The notes under the pieces were generated by a model. The model saw nothing but the letters and a program-made list of their open reading frames with translations. It made no database searches and was not told the origin of the DNA. 32,000 nucleotides of DNA from Candidatus Scalindua sp. (GTDB taxonomy: Bacteria > Planctomycetota > Brocadiia > Brocadiales > Scalinduaceae): the NCBI GenBank assembly GCA_031316235.1, contig JALDRA010000001.1, forward strand, positions 960,001-992,000, written 5' to 3'. The position numbers were made by a program, and so were the translations under genes. This document shows positions 18,346-26,353 of this stretch, piece by piece (position 1 is the first letter of the stretch; each line of letters begins with the position of its first letter).

Positions 18346-18792
18346 GTGGAGAAGAAAAAAGCACTTGGAGGCGACCCTCTGAGTTGGTTAAAGGAGAAAA
18401 AAAGAGAAGAACAAGAGGAAGTTAATACCGCAGACCAGGTACAGCAGCCGCAGAAAGTTACACCACCTCAGGCCAGAGAGGAAGAAGTTGAGCAGTCAGG
18501 ATATGTGGCTGACCCCGCCCGGACATATGAAGCTCAAGGTACAGTCAAAAAACGTCGAACTGTTGTTATAGGAGACCATGAGCCTGTTTATGAAACCAAA
18601 ATACATACACCTAAACCAAAGGAAAATCCCGCCACAATCTTTGTTGTCGTTTACACGGTCCTTTTGTTGATACTGGGTTTTTTAGTCTTCAGAGATATGA
18701 CGAAAAAGATCAACAATTTAGAAGCAAAAATAACACATTTAGAAAAACAGCTTGAATCTGGGTATACGAAATACGAGGACACTGATTTTTAA
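18346..18792 (+). CDS. Hypothetical membrane-anchored coiled-coil protein encoded where parB is expected
   Basis: GTG start 5 nt after the strong SD AAGGAGG. The protein has a basic N-terminal peptide (MEKKKALGGDPLSWLKEKKR), an acidic/Pro-Gln linker, one TM helix (ATIFVVVYTVLLLILGFLVF) and a short coiled coil (KKINNLEAKITHLEKQLE). No ParB HTH motif is evident. Confidence 0.6.
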   Translation: MEKKKALGGDPLSWLKEKKREEQEEVNTADQVQQPQKVTPPQAREEEVEQSGYVADPARTYEAQGTVKKRRTVVIGDHEPVYETKIHTPKPKENPATIFVVVYTVLLLILGFLVFRDMTKKINNLEAKITHLEKQLESGYTKYEDTDF

Positions 18793-18812
18793 CGGGACAA
18801 TTCAGTAAAAGC

Positions 18813-19838
18813 CTATCTATGTGGCTCAATAACCACCTTTACCGACTCTTTGGCGTCAGTAACGAGTTGAAACCCAATCCCCGTCTCAGCCAGCCCCAAA
18901 CGGTGGGTTATCATTTCACGAACAGAAATTCGGCGAGAAGCAATTAAGTCTATGGCTACTTGAATGTCAATGGGAGCAGCACCATATGTTGGCATTAAAT
19001 TGATACAATTTCTCCAAAGGTCATTAAATGAGACAGGAAGATCTATTCCAGGATCAGTAGGAGCAAAGAAGAGAACAGTGCCTGCACGATCAACCGATCG
19101 CAATGCGGTTTTTAATGCAGGGAGGGCTCCCGTACTTGCAATAACACGGTCTGCCAGCCTGTTATTGTTTATCTTGAGTATTTGAGCCGGCACATCTTCA
19201 TCTGCAGGAACTACGAAATCTGCTCCTGCCTTTTCTGCAAAATCCAGACGATGAGTATTTATATCAGTAGCGATTATGGTCCCTGCACCCGTTGACCGGG
19301 CCAGCATAATCTGGAGAAGCCCGGAAATGCCGCTGCCAAGAACGACCACCGTCTGGCCGGGTTCCATTTTCGCTAATCTATGGCCACGGATGACACAAGC
19401 CAGTGGTTCAATCAACGTTCCCTCTTCAAATGAAATATCATCAGGAAGGGGGAATACCCCTCTGTCTACGTTAATTGCCGGGACGCGTATATATTCAGCA
19501 AAGCCTCCTGGTTCAAAATTGGTTGTACGAAGGGTATCACAGACAGTGTGATTGCCACCCAAACAGTAACGGCAGGTATTGCAGGGAACATGGTGTGATA
19601 CAAACACCCTGTCACCCTCCTTGAAACGCTTAACACCTTCTCCAATCTGTGTGATTACGCCGGTAGCTTCATGTCCGAGTACGAGAGGTGCTTTATTGAT
19701 TCGATACCACTCCATTACGTCACTACCACAGACACCGCATGCCAGTATCTTAAGCAGCACCTCTCCGGGACCAATCTTTGGAACAGCCATTTCTTCAACT
19801 TTGATATCTTTATTGTTGTAATACATTGCTACACGCAT
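18813..19838 (-). CDS. Zn-dependent alcohol/polyol dehydrogenase (MDR superfamily)
   Basis: Catalytic Zn ligands CGVCGSD and GHEATG. Structural Zn cluster CNTCRYCLGGNHTVC. Rossmann motif VVVLGSGISG. The substrate cannot be assigned. Confidence 0.9.
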   Translation of the reverse strand: MRVAMYYNNKDIKVEEMAVPKIGPGEVLLKILACGVCGSDVMEWYRINKAPLVLGHEATGVITQIGEGVKRFKEGDRVFVSHHVPCNTCRYCLGGNHTVCDTLRTTNFEPGGFAEYIRVPAINVDRGVFPLPDDISFEEGTLIEPLACVIRGHRLAKMEPGQTVVVLGSGISGLLQIMLARSTGAGTIIATDINTHRLDFAEKAGADFVVPADEDVPAQILKINNNRLADRVIASTGALPALKTALRSVDRAGTVLFFAPTDPGIDLPVSFNDLWRNCINLMPTYGAAPIDIQVAIDLIASRRISVREMITHRLGLAETGIGFQLVTDAKESVKVVIEPHR

Positions 19839-19956
19839 ATTTCTGCTTCCTCTTCAACTATTTTTAAGCCAAGTTGACAATTGATCACTTCAATCCCCTG
19901 TAACTCAGGCCACCTTTCGACCATTTTAAGAACCTTGATGGAAAAACTCTCTGTTC

Positions 19957-20069
19957 TATACTCATCTCATACTGGATTTCGGATAAAATCCGAGATAAAT
20001 TTGAGCGAGTATACCTTCACCACGATCTGGTTTCCGGTAAAACCGGAAACCAGATCGGTTTCAGTATAT
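19957..20069 (+). repeat. Family A repeat, copy A4 (short form, perfect 12-bp hairpin)
   Basis: tatactcatctcatactggatttcggataaaatccgagataaatttgagcgagtataccttcaccacgatctggtttccggtaaaaccggaaaccagatcggtttcagtatat. It lies between the aldolase stop and the ADH start. Confidence 0.85.
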
Positions 20070-20142
20070 TCTGTAATCGAACTTTATCCGTACTCTTTTA
20101 ATCAGAAAATCGTAAATCTTTGCCTGAGCCTGCCCCTATATG

Positions 20143-20174
20143 CCTGGAACAGGGATTGGTTAAAATATTTTTAC
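20143..20174. repeat. Family C short repeat, copy C1
   Basis: cctggaacagggattggttaaaatatttttac matches 25251-25282 at 28 of 32 positions. It lies 16 nt beyond the aldolase stop codon. Confidence 0.5.
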
Positions 20175-20189
20175 TAAAAGACTGGACTA

Positions 20190-20978
20190 TTACAGATTCT
20201 TTGTTTCATTAAAGATTTCTTCGGCCTCTTTGGGAGTAGCGTCCTTGTGTATAATCGCATGGAGAGCCTTCGCCATGGCTACCGGGTGTGGATGTTGCCA
20301 TATATTTCTCCCCAAATTCACGCCAATGGCTCCTTTCTGGATACCATCGTAAACAAATTCGAAAACGGGAAGCTCAGTATCAAATTTGGGTCCTCCTGCT
20401 ACAACAACAGGGACCGGACATCCATTTACAACCTTTTCAAACTCTTCACACCAATATGTTTTCACCACCCTGGCACCTAATTCTGCTGCAATTCTGCAGC
20501 AGAGAGCAAGATACCTGGCATCTCGTTTCTCCAATTCCTTGCCTACTGCCGTAACCGCCATTACGGGGATACCGTATTCTTCGCACTCATCGACTAATTT
20601 ACCTAAACTCAGCAGCGTTTGACGTTCGTAATCACTACCGACAAAGATTGATAAGCCAACAGCAGCGACATTAAGACGAAGAGCCTCTTTTATTGATGTG
20701 GTGATTCCCTCATTTGCCAGGTCACCACCCAACACACTGGTGCCACCTGATACACGGAGGATTATGGGTTTACTGTCATCAGGGTTTATGGCTGAACGCA
20801 ACACACCCCGAGTGACGAACAGCGCATCGCTATATTCTATAATAGGCTTAATCGTCTCTGCTGGTTTTTCAAGATTTTTCGTCGGCCCCAGAAAGTATCC
20901 ATGATCTATTGGCATAAACATGCAGCGCCCATCCGGTTTAATAATTTGTGCCAAACGGTTCTTCATTCCCCAATCCAT
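20190..20978 (-). CDS. Class I aldolase of the DhnA/FbaB/LsrF (DeoC-like) family
   Basis: CMFMPIDHGYFLGP, ILRVSGGTS and GARVVKTYW (candidate Schiff-base Lys), plus VVVAGGPK and GVNLGRNIWQ, match archaeal-type class I FBP aldolase/LsrF-like enzymes. Confidence 0.85.
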   Translation of the reverse strand: MDWGMKNRLAQIIKPDGRCMFMPIDHGYFLGPTKNLEKPAETIKPIIEYSDALFVTRGVLRSAINPDDSKPIILRVSGGTSVLGGDLANEGITTSIKEALRLNVAAVGLSIFVGSDYERQTLLSLGKLVDECEEYGIPVMAVTAVGKELEKRDARYLALCCRIAAELGARVVKTYWCEEFEKVVNGCPVPVVVAGGPKFDTELPVFEFVYDGIQKGAIGVNLGRNIWQHPHPVAMAKALHAIIHKDATPKEAEEIFNETKNL

Positions 20979-21006
20979 TTTCTTTTCATCTCCTTAAAAT
21001 TTATTT

Positions 21007-21034
21007 GTATATCTCATTTCATAACTGAAATCGG
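21007..21034 (+). repeat. Degenerate fragment resembling the family A 5' module
   Basis: gtatatctcatttcataactgaaatcgg compares with ttatactcatttcataatggttttcgg in copy A3. It is short and diverged. Confidence 0.35.
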
Positions 21035-21186
21035 CTAATCATTTTATGGGAGAATAGCATAGAAAATTCAATTTATAATGTCAATGGAAATTGTTATAAT
21101 GCACCGTTCAGAAGTTTTTTTTCACTGATTTATTCTGTAGTAACCGTTCTTGGGTTCACGGTTAAATTGCCCGATGAGGAACCGCA

Positions 21187-21693
21187 ATGCATGATTTCTT
21201 ATTAAAAAAACCATTTACTGCTTTTTTGTTTCTCTTCTCAATTATTCTTTTATCCGCATCCATTGATCTTGAGCATGGTTGCACGGCAGAAGAGCTCCAT
21301 TATTTCGAACTGGTAAGCGGACTGAAAGACGCGACTGATATGAGGCCAAGAGAAATTATCTTTAACGTAGAGTACCCAGGCCGTATAGAAATTGATGCAA
21401 CCTGGAAACCCGGCAATAAAAAACTCACGTTCACCCTTTACGATCAGGCAAGCAATGCTCTCGTCGGGGAAAAGGATAAGAGCCCGCTTCATCTTGTTTA
21501 CGATTACGACAAAGATAACTTTGAAAAATCAATACACCTCGGCTATTCCTTTCGATTAGCAATTTCTCAATCCCTGTTTCGATCAATAAGTGGAAATGTC
21601 AAAATAGTAACCCCCGATAAAACGACTATCGATAAGGATGATCATGACATAACCCGGGGACCATATGGAACGTTCATTGAGGAAAGGAAATAA
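21187..21693 (+). CDS. Secreted protein of unknown function
   Basis: SD GAGGAA lies upstream. N-terminal signal peptide (KKPFTAFLFLFSIILLSASIDL). I recognise no family. Confidence 0.6.
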   Translation: MHDFLLKKPFTAFLFLFSIILLSASIDLEHGCTAEELHYFELVSGLKDATDMRPREIIFNVEYPGRIEIDATWKPGNKKLTFTLYDQASNALVGEKDKSPLHLVYDYDKDNFEKSIHLGYSFRLAISQSLFRSISGNVKIVTPDKTTIDKDDHDITRGPYGTFIEERK

Positions 21694-21815
21694 TATAATT
21701 CGAGGATGTAATGGTATTCCCTTTTATCCCGCCTTGAGAGGAGGGGGATCTTTTTCTGAACTGCGTGGTGAGCCCTTACCGGTGAACGGTTATCACGCTC
21801 CAGTAGAGTACTCAG

Positions 21816-22730
21816 TTACGAAAAATTTCCCGGACATCTTAAAACGTTACGAAAAAAACGGTTTCTCTCTCTTTTCCCTGATGGTGGTAACCCTTGCGGG
21901 AGAACACAATGCCTCAACGGTTCATCACAGGTTCTACATAGGAAAAATGGTCTGGAACCCATTTTGTGAAGACTCTCTTTCCGTTCACCAATTGCATGCA
22001 CCTCTTCGGTAATAAGACTTCCGATTCTCGTCGAACCTGTCAGATCGTGACAACAGGCAAGTACTTCTCCTTCCCAAGAAACAAACGTATGAAAAGAAAT
22101 GAGCCCGCATCGTTCGGATTCGCTTTCAAACGGTTTCGGATTGTATATATCCGGTTTTTTCAATTTTCCTCCTCGCCCATGACATGCAACCATACTTGAG
22201 GGGACACCCAAACATTTCCAGAAGCTGACATACTGATCAGTTTCTCCCCTGTTTCTGTCGGTCAGTATCCCCTTTATCCTGAGACCAACGTTTCCTCTGG
22301 CCAGACCGATCAGTTTCGCTGCTCTCTTCAATGCATCAGAGAATGAAACATTGGGACAGAGTCGTTCAAAGACCCGTTCCTGAATGCTTGGAAAGGAGAG
22401 CGTAATGGAATTGGGGCTGGCATTTACAAGTTTCCGGGAATTGTGACTAGTAAGAGAGGCAGGATTTACGACAACACCTATGTCGGCACCACTCAGGCGA
22501 AGAGTGCCAATCCAATCAAAGATATCCGGATGCAGGAGCGGATCACCCATACCCGAAAAGGTTATGAGGCTTCCCTCTTTTACGAGTTTGTCAGAAATCG
22601 TCTTGAACGTCTCCTCAGTCATAAATCCTGCCGGCCTTGATATCGCTTCACGCGGACACATGAGACAATCGCACATGCATTTATTGGTGAGTTCCATATC
22701 TACCGAAACAAACGGCCACTCAGAGACCAT
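21816..22730 (-). CDS. Radical SAM protein with C-terminal SPASM/twitch-type Cys cluster
   Basis: The start is taken at the internal Met (MVSEWPFVSVDMELTNKCMCDCLMCPRE), 17 residues before the CxxxCxxC motif. The C-terminus has CGLISFHTFVSWEGEVLAC (C-x12-G-x4-C) and CRTCDEPLRHC. The track ORF (to 23156) carries 142 extra codons that overlap the upstream gene in another frame. Confidence 0.8.
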   Translation of the reverse strand: MVSEWPFVSVDMELTNKCMCDCLMCPREAISRPAGFMTEETFKTISDKLVKEGSLITFSGMGDPLLHPDIFDWIGTLRLSGADIGVVVNPASLTSHNSRKLVNASPNSITLSFPSIQERVFERLCPNVSFSDALKRAAKLIGLARGNVGLRIKGILTDRNRGETDQYVSFWKCLGVPSSMVACHGRGGKLKKPDIYNPKPFESESERCGLISFHTFVSWEGEVLACCHDLTGSTRIGSLITEEVHAIGERKESLHKMGSRPFFLCRTCDEPLRHCVLPQGLPPSGKRERNRFFRNVLRCPGNFS

Positions 22731-23904
22731 TGTGTTTCTCCTTCCTGACCGCCTCCAGCCATGCTGTACCGAACCGTGTGTCCGGTTCCAGATAATGACC
22801 TTCGCTCCATTCGTTCCATGAAGCGATAAAACAGAGCTCCGGTTGGTTATATTTTCTGGTATACCGTATTGCCTTTCCAAGAAAACGGGAAAATAGGAAA
22901 GGATGCTCGCCCACCACCACGGGCCACCAGGGGTATCGCTGCGGTCGCTCATGACCGTATTCTGCCGCACGCGGTGTAGCATCCCAGCCGGGTGACACGG
23001 AGGGAAAATAGGGAAGCTGTGATTGTGAGGCGAACCCTTCCCATTCACTGCATCGTTTTTCCATGAGGCCAGCATAGTCCTGCCGGTAGTTCCCTTTCCA
23101 GTCAGGTAGCCAGACATAGTGGCTGACGCTGTCAAAACCGACATTCCTGAACTCACCTATCAGAGAGGATGCAGGATTAATGGCCATCAGGTGAAGTCCC
23201 CGGTATCCCTTCCGGGAAAGATATTCCCTTGCCAGCCGGATTGACTCAGCAGCAGGTTTCAGACCCAGCTGCCTGAGAAAAAAAGTACTGTCAAAGATAG
23301 AAAAAAGGGGTTTGCCCTGAATCTGAAAATAATTACCGCGTCGAAAATACTTCTCCTCAAGAAACTTGATTAACCTCAAAAAGTCTTCGGAATCCGTATA
23401 CACCAGGCGAACAGGGTCGATTTCCGGACCGGGATCTACCTTTACGGGAAGAACGCCTCGAGGCATACGGTTTGCCCACATGAGGGAAAAAGGAAAATCA
23501 TTCCTGCAGCCCTGATCCAGAAATCCTTTATCAAGTGCGTCTGCAAAAACACGTTTACCACGTGACCAGAAAAATCCGTACACAAAGAAATCAACTCCAT
23601 AGGTGAGAGCCAGGGCAACCTGTTGCCTTGCAGTAGCAGAAACCGAATCATCATACGTTCCCTTCAGGGGGATTCGAGGCTGGTTGTGTCCCGGGAACCT
23701 GGAAGGAGCGTTCAAAACTATATCCCACTCACTCCATCCTGCTGGAAAGTTCCGGTCTCTTTCCAGGCAGGGATGCCAGCCAGGATAAACGTACGCACCA
23801 ATTTTCACCGGCTTGAATGAGGAATCCATACTGTAATTTTTCATGCTTTTATCACTATTATTGTATACTCCCGCCACCGCAAATTTCATAGAGTTGACAT
23901 GCAA
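22720..23904 (-). CDS. WbsX / glycoside hydrolase family 99-like domain protein
   Basis: TTG start. IGAYVYPGWHPCLERDRNFPAGWSEWDIV, FPFSLMWAN and FIASWNEWSEGHYLEPD match the WbsX-type (GH99-like) pattern (YxPQFH...W..GFTEW...NAWNEWAEG.YLEP). No signal peptide is evident. Confidence 0.8.
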   Translation of the reverse strand: MHVNSMKFAVAGVYNNSDKSMKNYSMDSSFKPVKIGAYVYPGWHPCLERDRNFPAGWSEWDIVLNAPSRFPGHNQPRIPLKGTYDDSVSATARQQVALALTYGVDFFVYGFFWSRGKRVFADALDKGFLDQGCRNDFPFSLMWANRMPRGVLPVKVDPGPEIDPVRLVYTDSEDFLRLIKFLEEKYFRRGNYFQIQGKPLFSIFDSTFFLRQLGLKPAAESIRLAREYLSRKGYRGLHLMAINPASSLIGEFRNVGFDSVSHYVWLPDWKGNYRQDYAGLMEKRCSEWEGFASQSQLPYFPSVSPGWDATPRAAEYGHERPQRYPWWPVVVGEHPFLFSRFLGKAIRYTRKYNQPELCFIASWNEWSEGHYLEPDTRFGTAWLEAVRKEKHNGL

Positions 23905-24117
23905 TTACTCGTCAACATAGGTGCTCAATCTATTGGGCGTGTCAAAATTACTGGAAGACTACAGATAACTCTATATGTTATGATAAGACTCTTGAAATTT
24001 GGCAAATGTTATTATAAATCGAGCCATTTAGTATACTATTCCGGGTTTCAGTAAAATAAGAACTCTCTCTGTTTTTTATTTAGAAGGTGCATAAATACGA
24101 GGAAAGGCATAATACTA

Positions 24118-25041
24118 GTGATCAAAGCATACCTCTTTATTGCTCTATTTACTTTTTTGTACATCACCAGCACAGGAAAAGTGAATGGTTCTCCAATAAC
24201 AATTGATTTTTCAACACATGGCCAGGGACTATTTCAATCTGATTTTTATCAGGATTCAGGAATTACTTTTACCGCAGGGAGTTTCATCGGATTTATCCAG
24301 GGCGACGAAACTCTCATTGGACCAATTGCAGCTAATCTTACCACACCCGTTTCTCGTCTTTTCGCACACGTTGCTCCAGGTATTCAAGGAACAGCGAAGT
24401 ATACCTTGAGCGTCTTTGATAACTCTTCAAATATCATAGACACCACATCCCTTACTGTCACTCAGGACACCGGGGTCCCCGATTCAGGCCCTTTTGGGTC
24501 TTTTACCATAGACCTGGGAACAATTCCAACGGCGGCTACTTCCTTTACCCTGGAAAACAGCTTTATAAGCAGTTCATTCACAAATACTTCAATACCCTTT
24601 GGTGCAAGTTCAATTACCTATGACACGAAAGAACCTGAACTGATTAACGATAAATTCTCTCCCCTTGTACCTGATACGGTAATCACGACCTTTCATCCCG
24701 CACCCTGTGGCGAAGCTACCGAAGGTACATTTACAATCCTGGCTACCTTTCAGAACACCTCTCCATACTCTCTGTCCGGTCTCTTCTTTGAGGTTGCCAA
24801 CCTGACCGGTGGCAACGTGCTCTGCAACTCTCATGGCGGTACGGGAGATAAAGGAACCACCTTACAAGTTCCACTGGAAGACTCTTCAGGAGTTTCTTCT
24901 GATGGTCTTCTTGCACCGGGAGAATCCTTTAACGTGGAATTCAGAATTGGTCTTGCGAGCATGAATCCCTTCACGTTCTCAGCAGATCTGTTTGGTATGG
25001 TACACCCTGCAGCAGAGTACGATTATACTAAAACCCAGTAG
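24118..25041 (+). CDS. Secreted Thr/Ser/Phe-rich protein of unknown function
   Basis: GTG start. Signal peptide (YLFIALFTFLYITSTGKVNG). I recognise no family. The last codons and the stop codon are supplied by repeats A5 and B1. Confidence 0.6.
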   Translation: MIKAYLFIALFTFLYITSTGKVNGSPITIDFSTHGQGLFQSDFYQDSGITFTAGSFIGFIQGDETLIGPIAANLTTPVSRLFAHVAPGIQGTAKYTLSVFDNSSNIIDTTSLTVTQDTGVPDSGPFGSFTIDLGTIPTAATSFTLENSFISSSFTNTSIPFGASSITYDTKEPELINDKFSPLVPDTVITTFHPAPCGEATEGTFTILATFQNTSPYSLSGLFFEVANLTGGNVLCNSHGGTGDKGTTLQVPLEDSSGVSSDGLLAPGESFNVEFRIGLASMNPFTFSADLFGMVHPAAEYDYTKTQ

Positions 25042-25202
25042 TGTCCGGTTAGGTTTTTGCGTATTTAATTTATTGTTCAAAAGATGTCATTCCCGCATGC
25101 TTTAAGCGGGAATCCAGGATGAATGAGACTCTCTGGATACCCGATAAAAGCACTCGGGTATGACAAAAGCCGCACGTGCAAATTCCTAACCGGACGTTAC
25201 TG
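25036..25202 (+). mobile_element. Family B MITE, copy B1 (right end decayed)
   Basis: The first 40 nt are identical to B2. The ends are cagtagtgtccgg...ccggacgttactg. It is flanked by the 9-bp direct repeat actaaaacc (25027-25035 and 25203-25211). It contains no ORF. Confidence 0.85.
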
Positions 25203-25236
25203 ACTAAAACCGAAAACCAAATCGGTTTTAGTATAG
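25203..25236 (+). repeat. Family A 3' module, copy A5, split by the B1 insertion
   Basis: actaaaaccgaaaaccaaatcggttttagtata matches the 3' ends of A3 and A6. The other half (tatactaaaacc) lies left of B1 at 25024-25035. Confidence 0.7.
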
Positions 25237-25250
25237 TATAACAGGGTAAA

Positions 25251-25282
25251 CCTGGAGGAGGGATTGGTTAAAAATTTTTTAC
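25251..25282. repeat. Family C short repeat, copy C2
   Basis: cctggaggagggattggttaaaaattttttac matches 20143-20174 at 28 of 32 positions. It lies 29 nt beyond the lipoprotein stop codon. Confidence 0.5.
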
Positions 25283-25310
25283 AGCGGGATTACCCGATCA
25301 GGTTGTATCC

Positions 25311-25709
25311 CTATTCCATCATCATGCTGATATCTCCGTAATCAGTCACCTTTCCGCCCAGGACACGCCTGGATTCTCCTACCGGCACCTTAAACATTCC
25401 ATCCTTAATCCCGTTTACCGTGACACTATACATCCCCGGCCTGACATGTTCAAACATAAATCTCCCGTTGCTGTCGGTAACGGCAGCCGCGGAGATCTCA
25501 AATTTCATCTTCAAATAGGGATAAAAAGGATCTTTCTCATTTCTCTCGATAAGCTCGAAAAGGTTTACCGTTTGAGAGAGAACAGGTTCTCCGTTCATGA
25601 ACAACACTCTACCGGTTACCGTCCCGAATGAAGCTTTCGATTCAATAAAAGGTTTGCTTGAAACGCATCCTACGAACACCAGAAACAGAACAACCATACA
25701 CTTTTTCAT
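25311..25709 (-). CDS. Small lipoprotein with carboxypeptidase-regulatory-like (CarboxypepD_reg) beta-sandwich
   Basis: Lipobox LVFVGC. GRVLFMNGEPV...VTDSNGRFMFEHVRPGMYSVTV is the typical pattern of this fold. Confidence 0.65.
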   Translation of the reverse strand: MKKCMVVLFLVFVGCVSSKPFIESKASFGTVTGRVLFMNGEPVLSQTVNLFELIERNEKDPFYPYLKMKFEISAAAVTDSNGRFMFEHVRPGMYSVTVNGIKDGMFKVPVGESRRVLGGKVTDYGDISMMME

Positions 25710-25871
25710 ACCTCTCCCCTCTCACAAGTCTTGTCCTTCTCCTTCGTGAGATGACACCCCATGAGTTCATAGATTATATTGCCTCTCTATTTTTTGAACA
25801 AGAACTATATTTTAAACCTGATAATCTCTTCTAATTGGCACTTGGATAACCTGAGCAGCTGTTAATCGACG

Positions 25872-26063
25872 GTGTCAGTTTCCAGGAAGAAGAAAGAATC
25901 CATGATACCTGTCTTTCAACTACAAAAAAAGCGTCCTGCTTTAATTATTTCCTCCAATCAATTTAATAACAAGCATAACGATGTTATTGTTATGGCCACG
26001 AGATTGATGCCCTCTCCCCGATCTCCTTCTTTCCAGACTCGTCTGACTATCCTTCTAATCTAA
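25872..26063 (+). pseudogene. PemK/MazF-family toxin relic
   Basis: KKRPALIISSNQFNNKHNDVIVMA resembles the conserved core of PemK/MazF toxins (RPALVxSxxxxNxxxxDVIVxxITS). The N-terminal beta strands and C-terminal half are missing or degenerate. No antitoxin ORF lies upstream. Confidence 0.45.
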
Positions 26064-26353
26064 CGTTCACTGAGTGATAATATATTTGATGCTTCTGACG
26101 GCGTGAGCACTTTATTGAGTGCTTTACGGATTATGTGTAACCTGTTGACAAAGGCATATGTGATTTATTTTTCTTATTGACAAAGATTTTTTAATCTTTA
26201 TGCTCAGCTGCAAATTTTTCGATTTAGCGCATCCGACCCGTCAGTTACGCCCGTCCCCGCCAAAATGCCCGTCGGGCTGACGAATGGTACGCTCGGCCGG
26301 GAAGTTGTGGAAAAGCTGTTTTAACTTCAGGCACTTTTAACTTTAAAAAAAAT

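Noticed and set aside
22731-23156. The 446-aa version of the radical SAM ORF in the track, with 142 extra N-terminal codons.
   Set aside because: The extension overlaps the 3' part of the WbsX-like gene in another frame and has low-complexity, non-homologous content. It ends at a Met 17 residues before the CxxxCxxC motif, where radical SAM domains normally begin. The long open frame is probably a by-product of locally high G+C.
24000-24015. TGGCA-containing sequence (tggcaaatgttatta) as a sigma-54 promoter for the 307-aa secreted protein gene.
   Set aside because: There is no GC dinucleotide at the -12 position with the required spacing from the GG.
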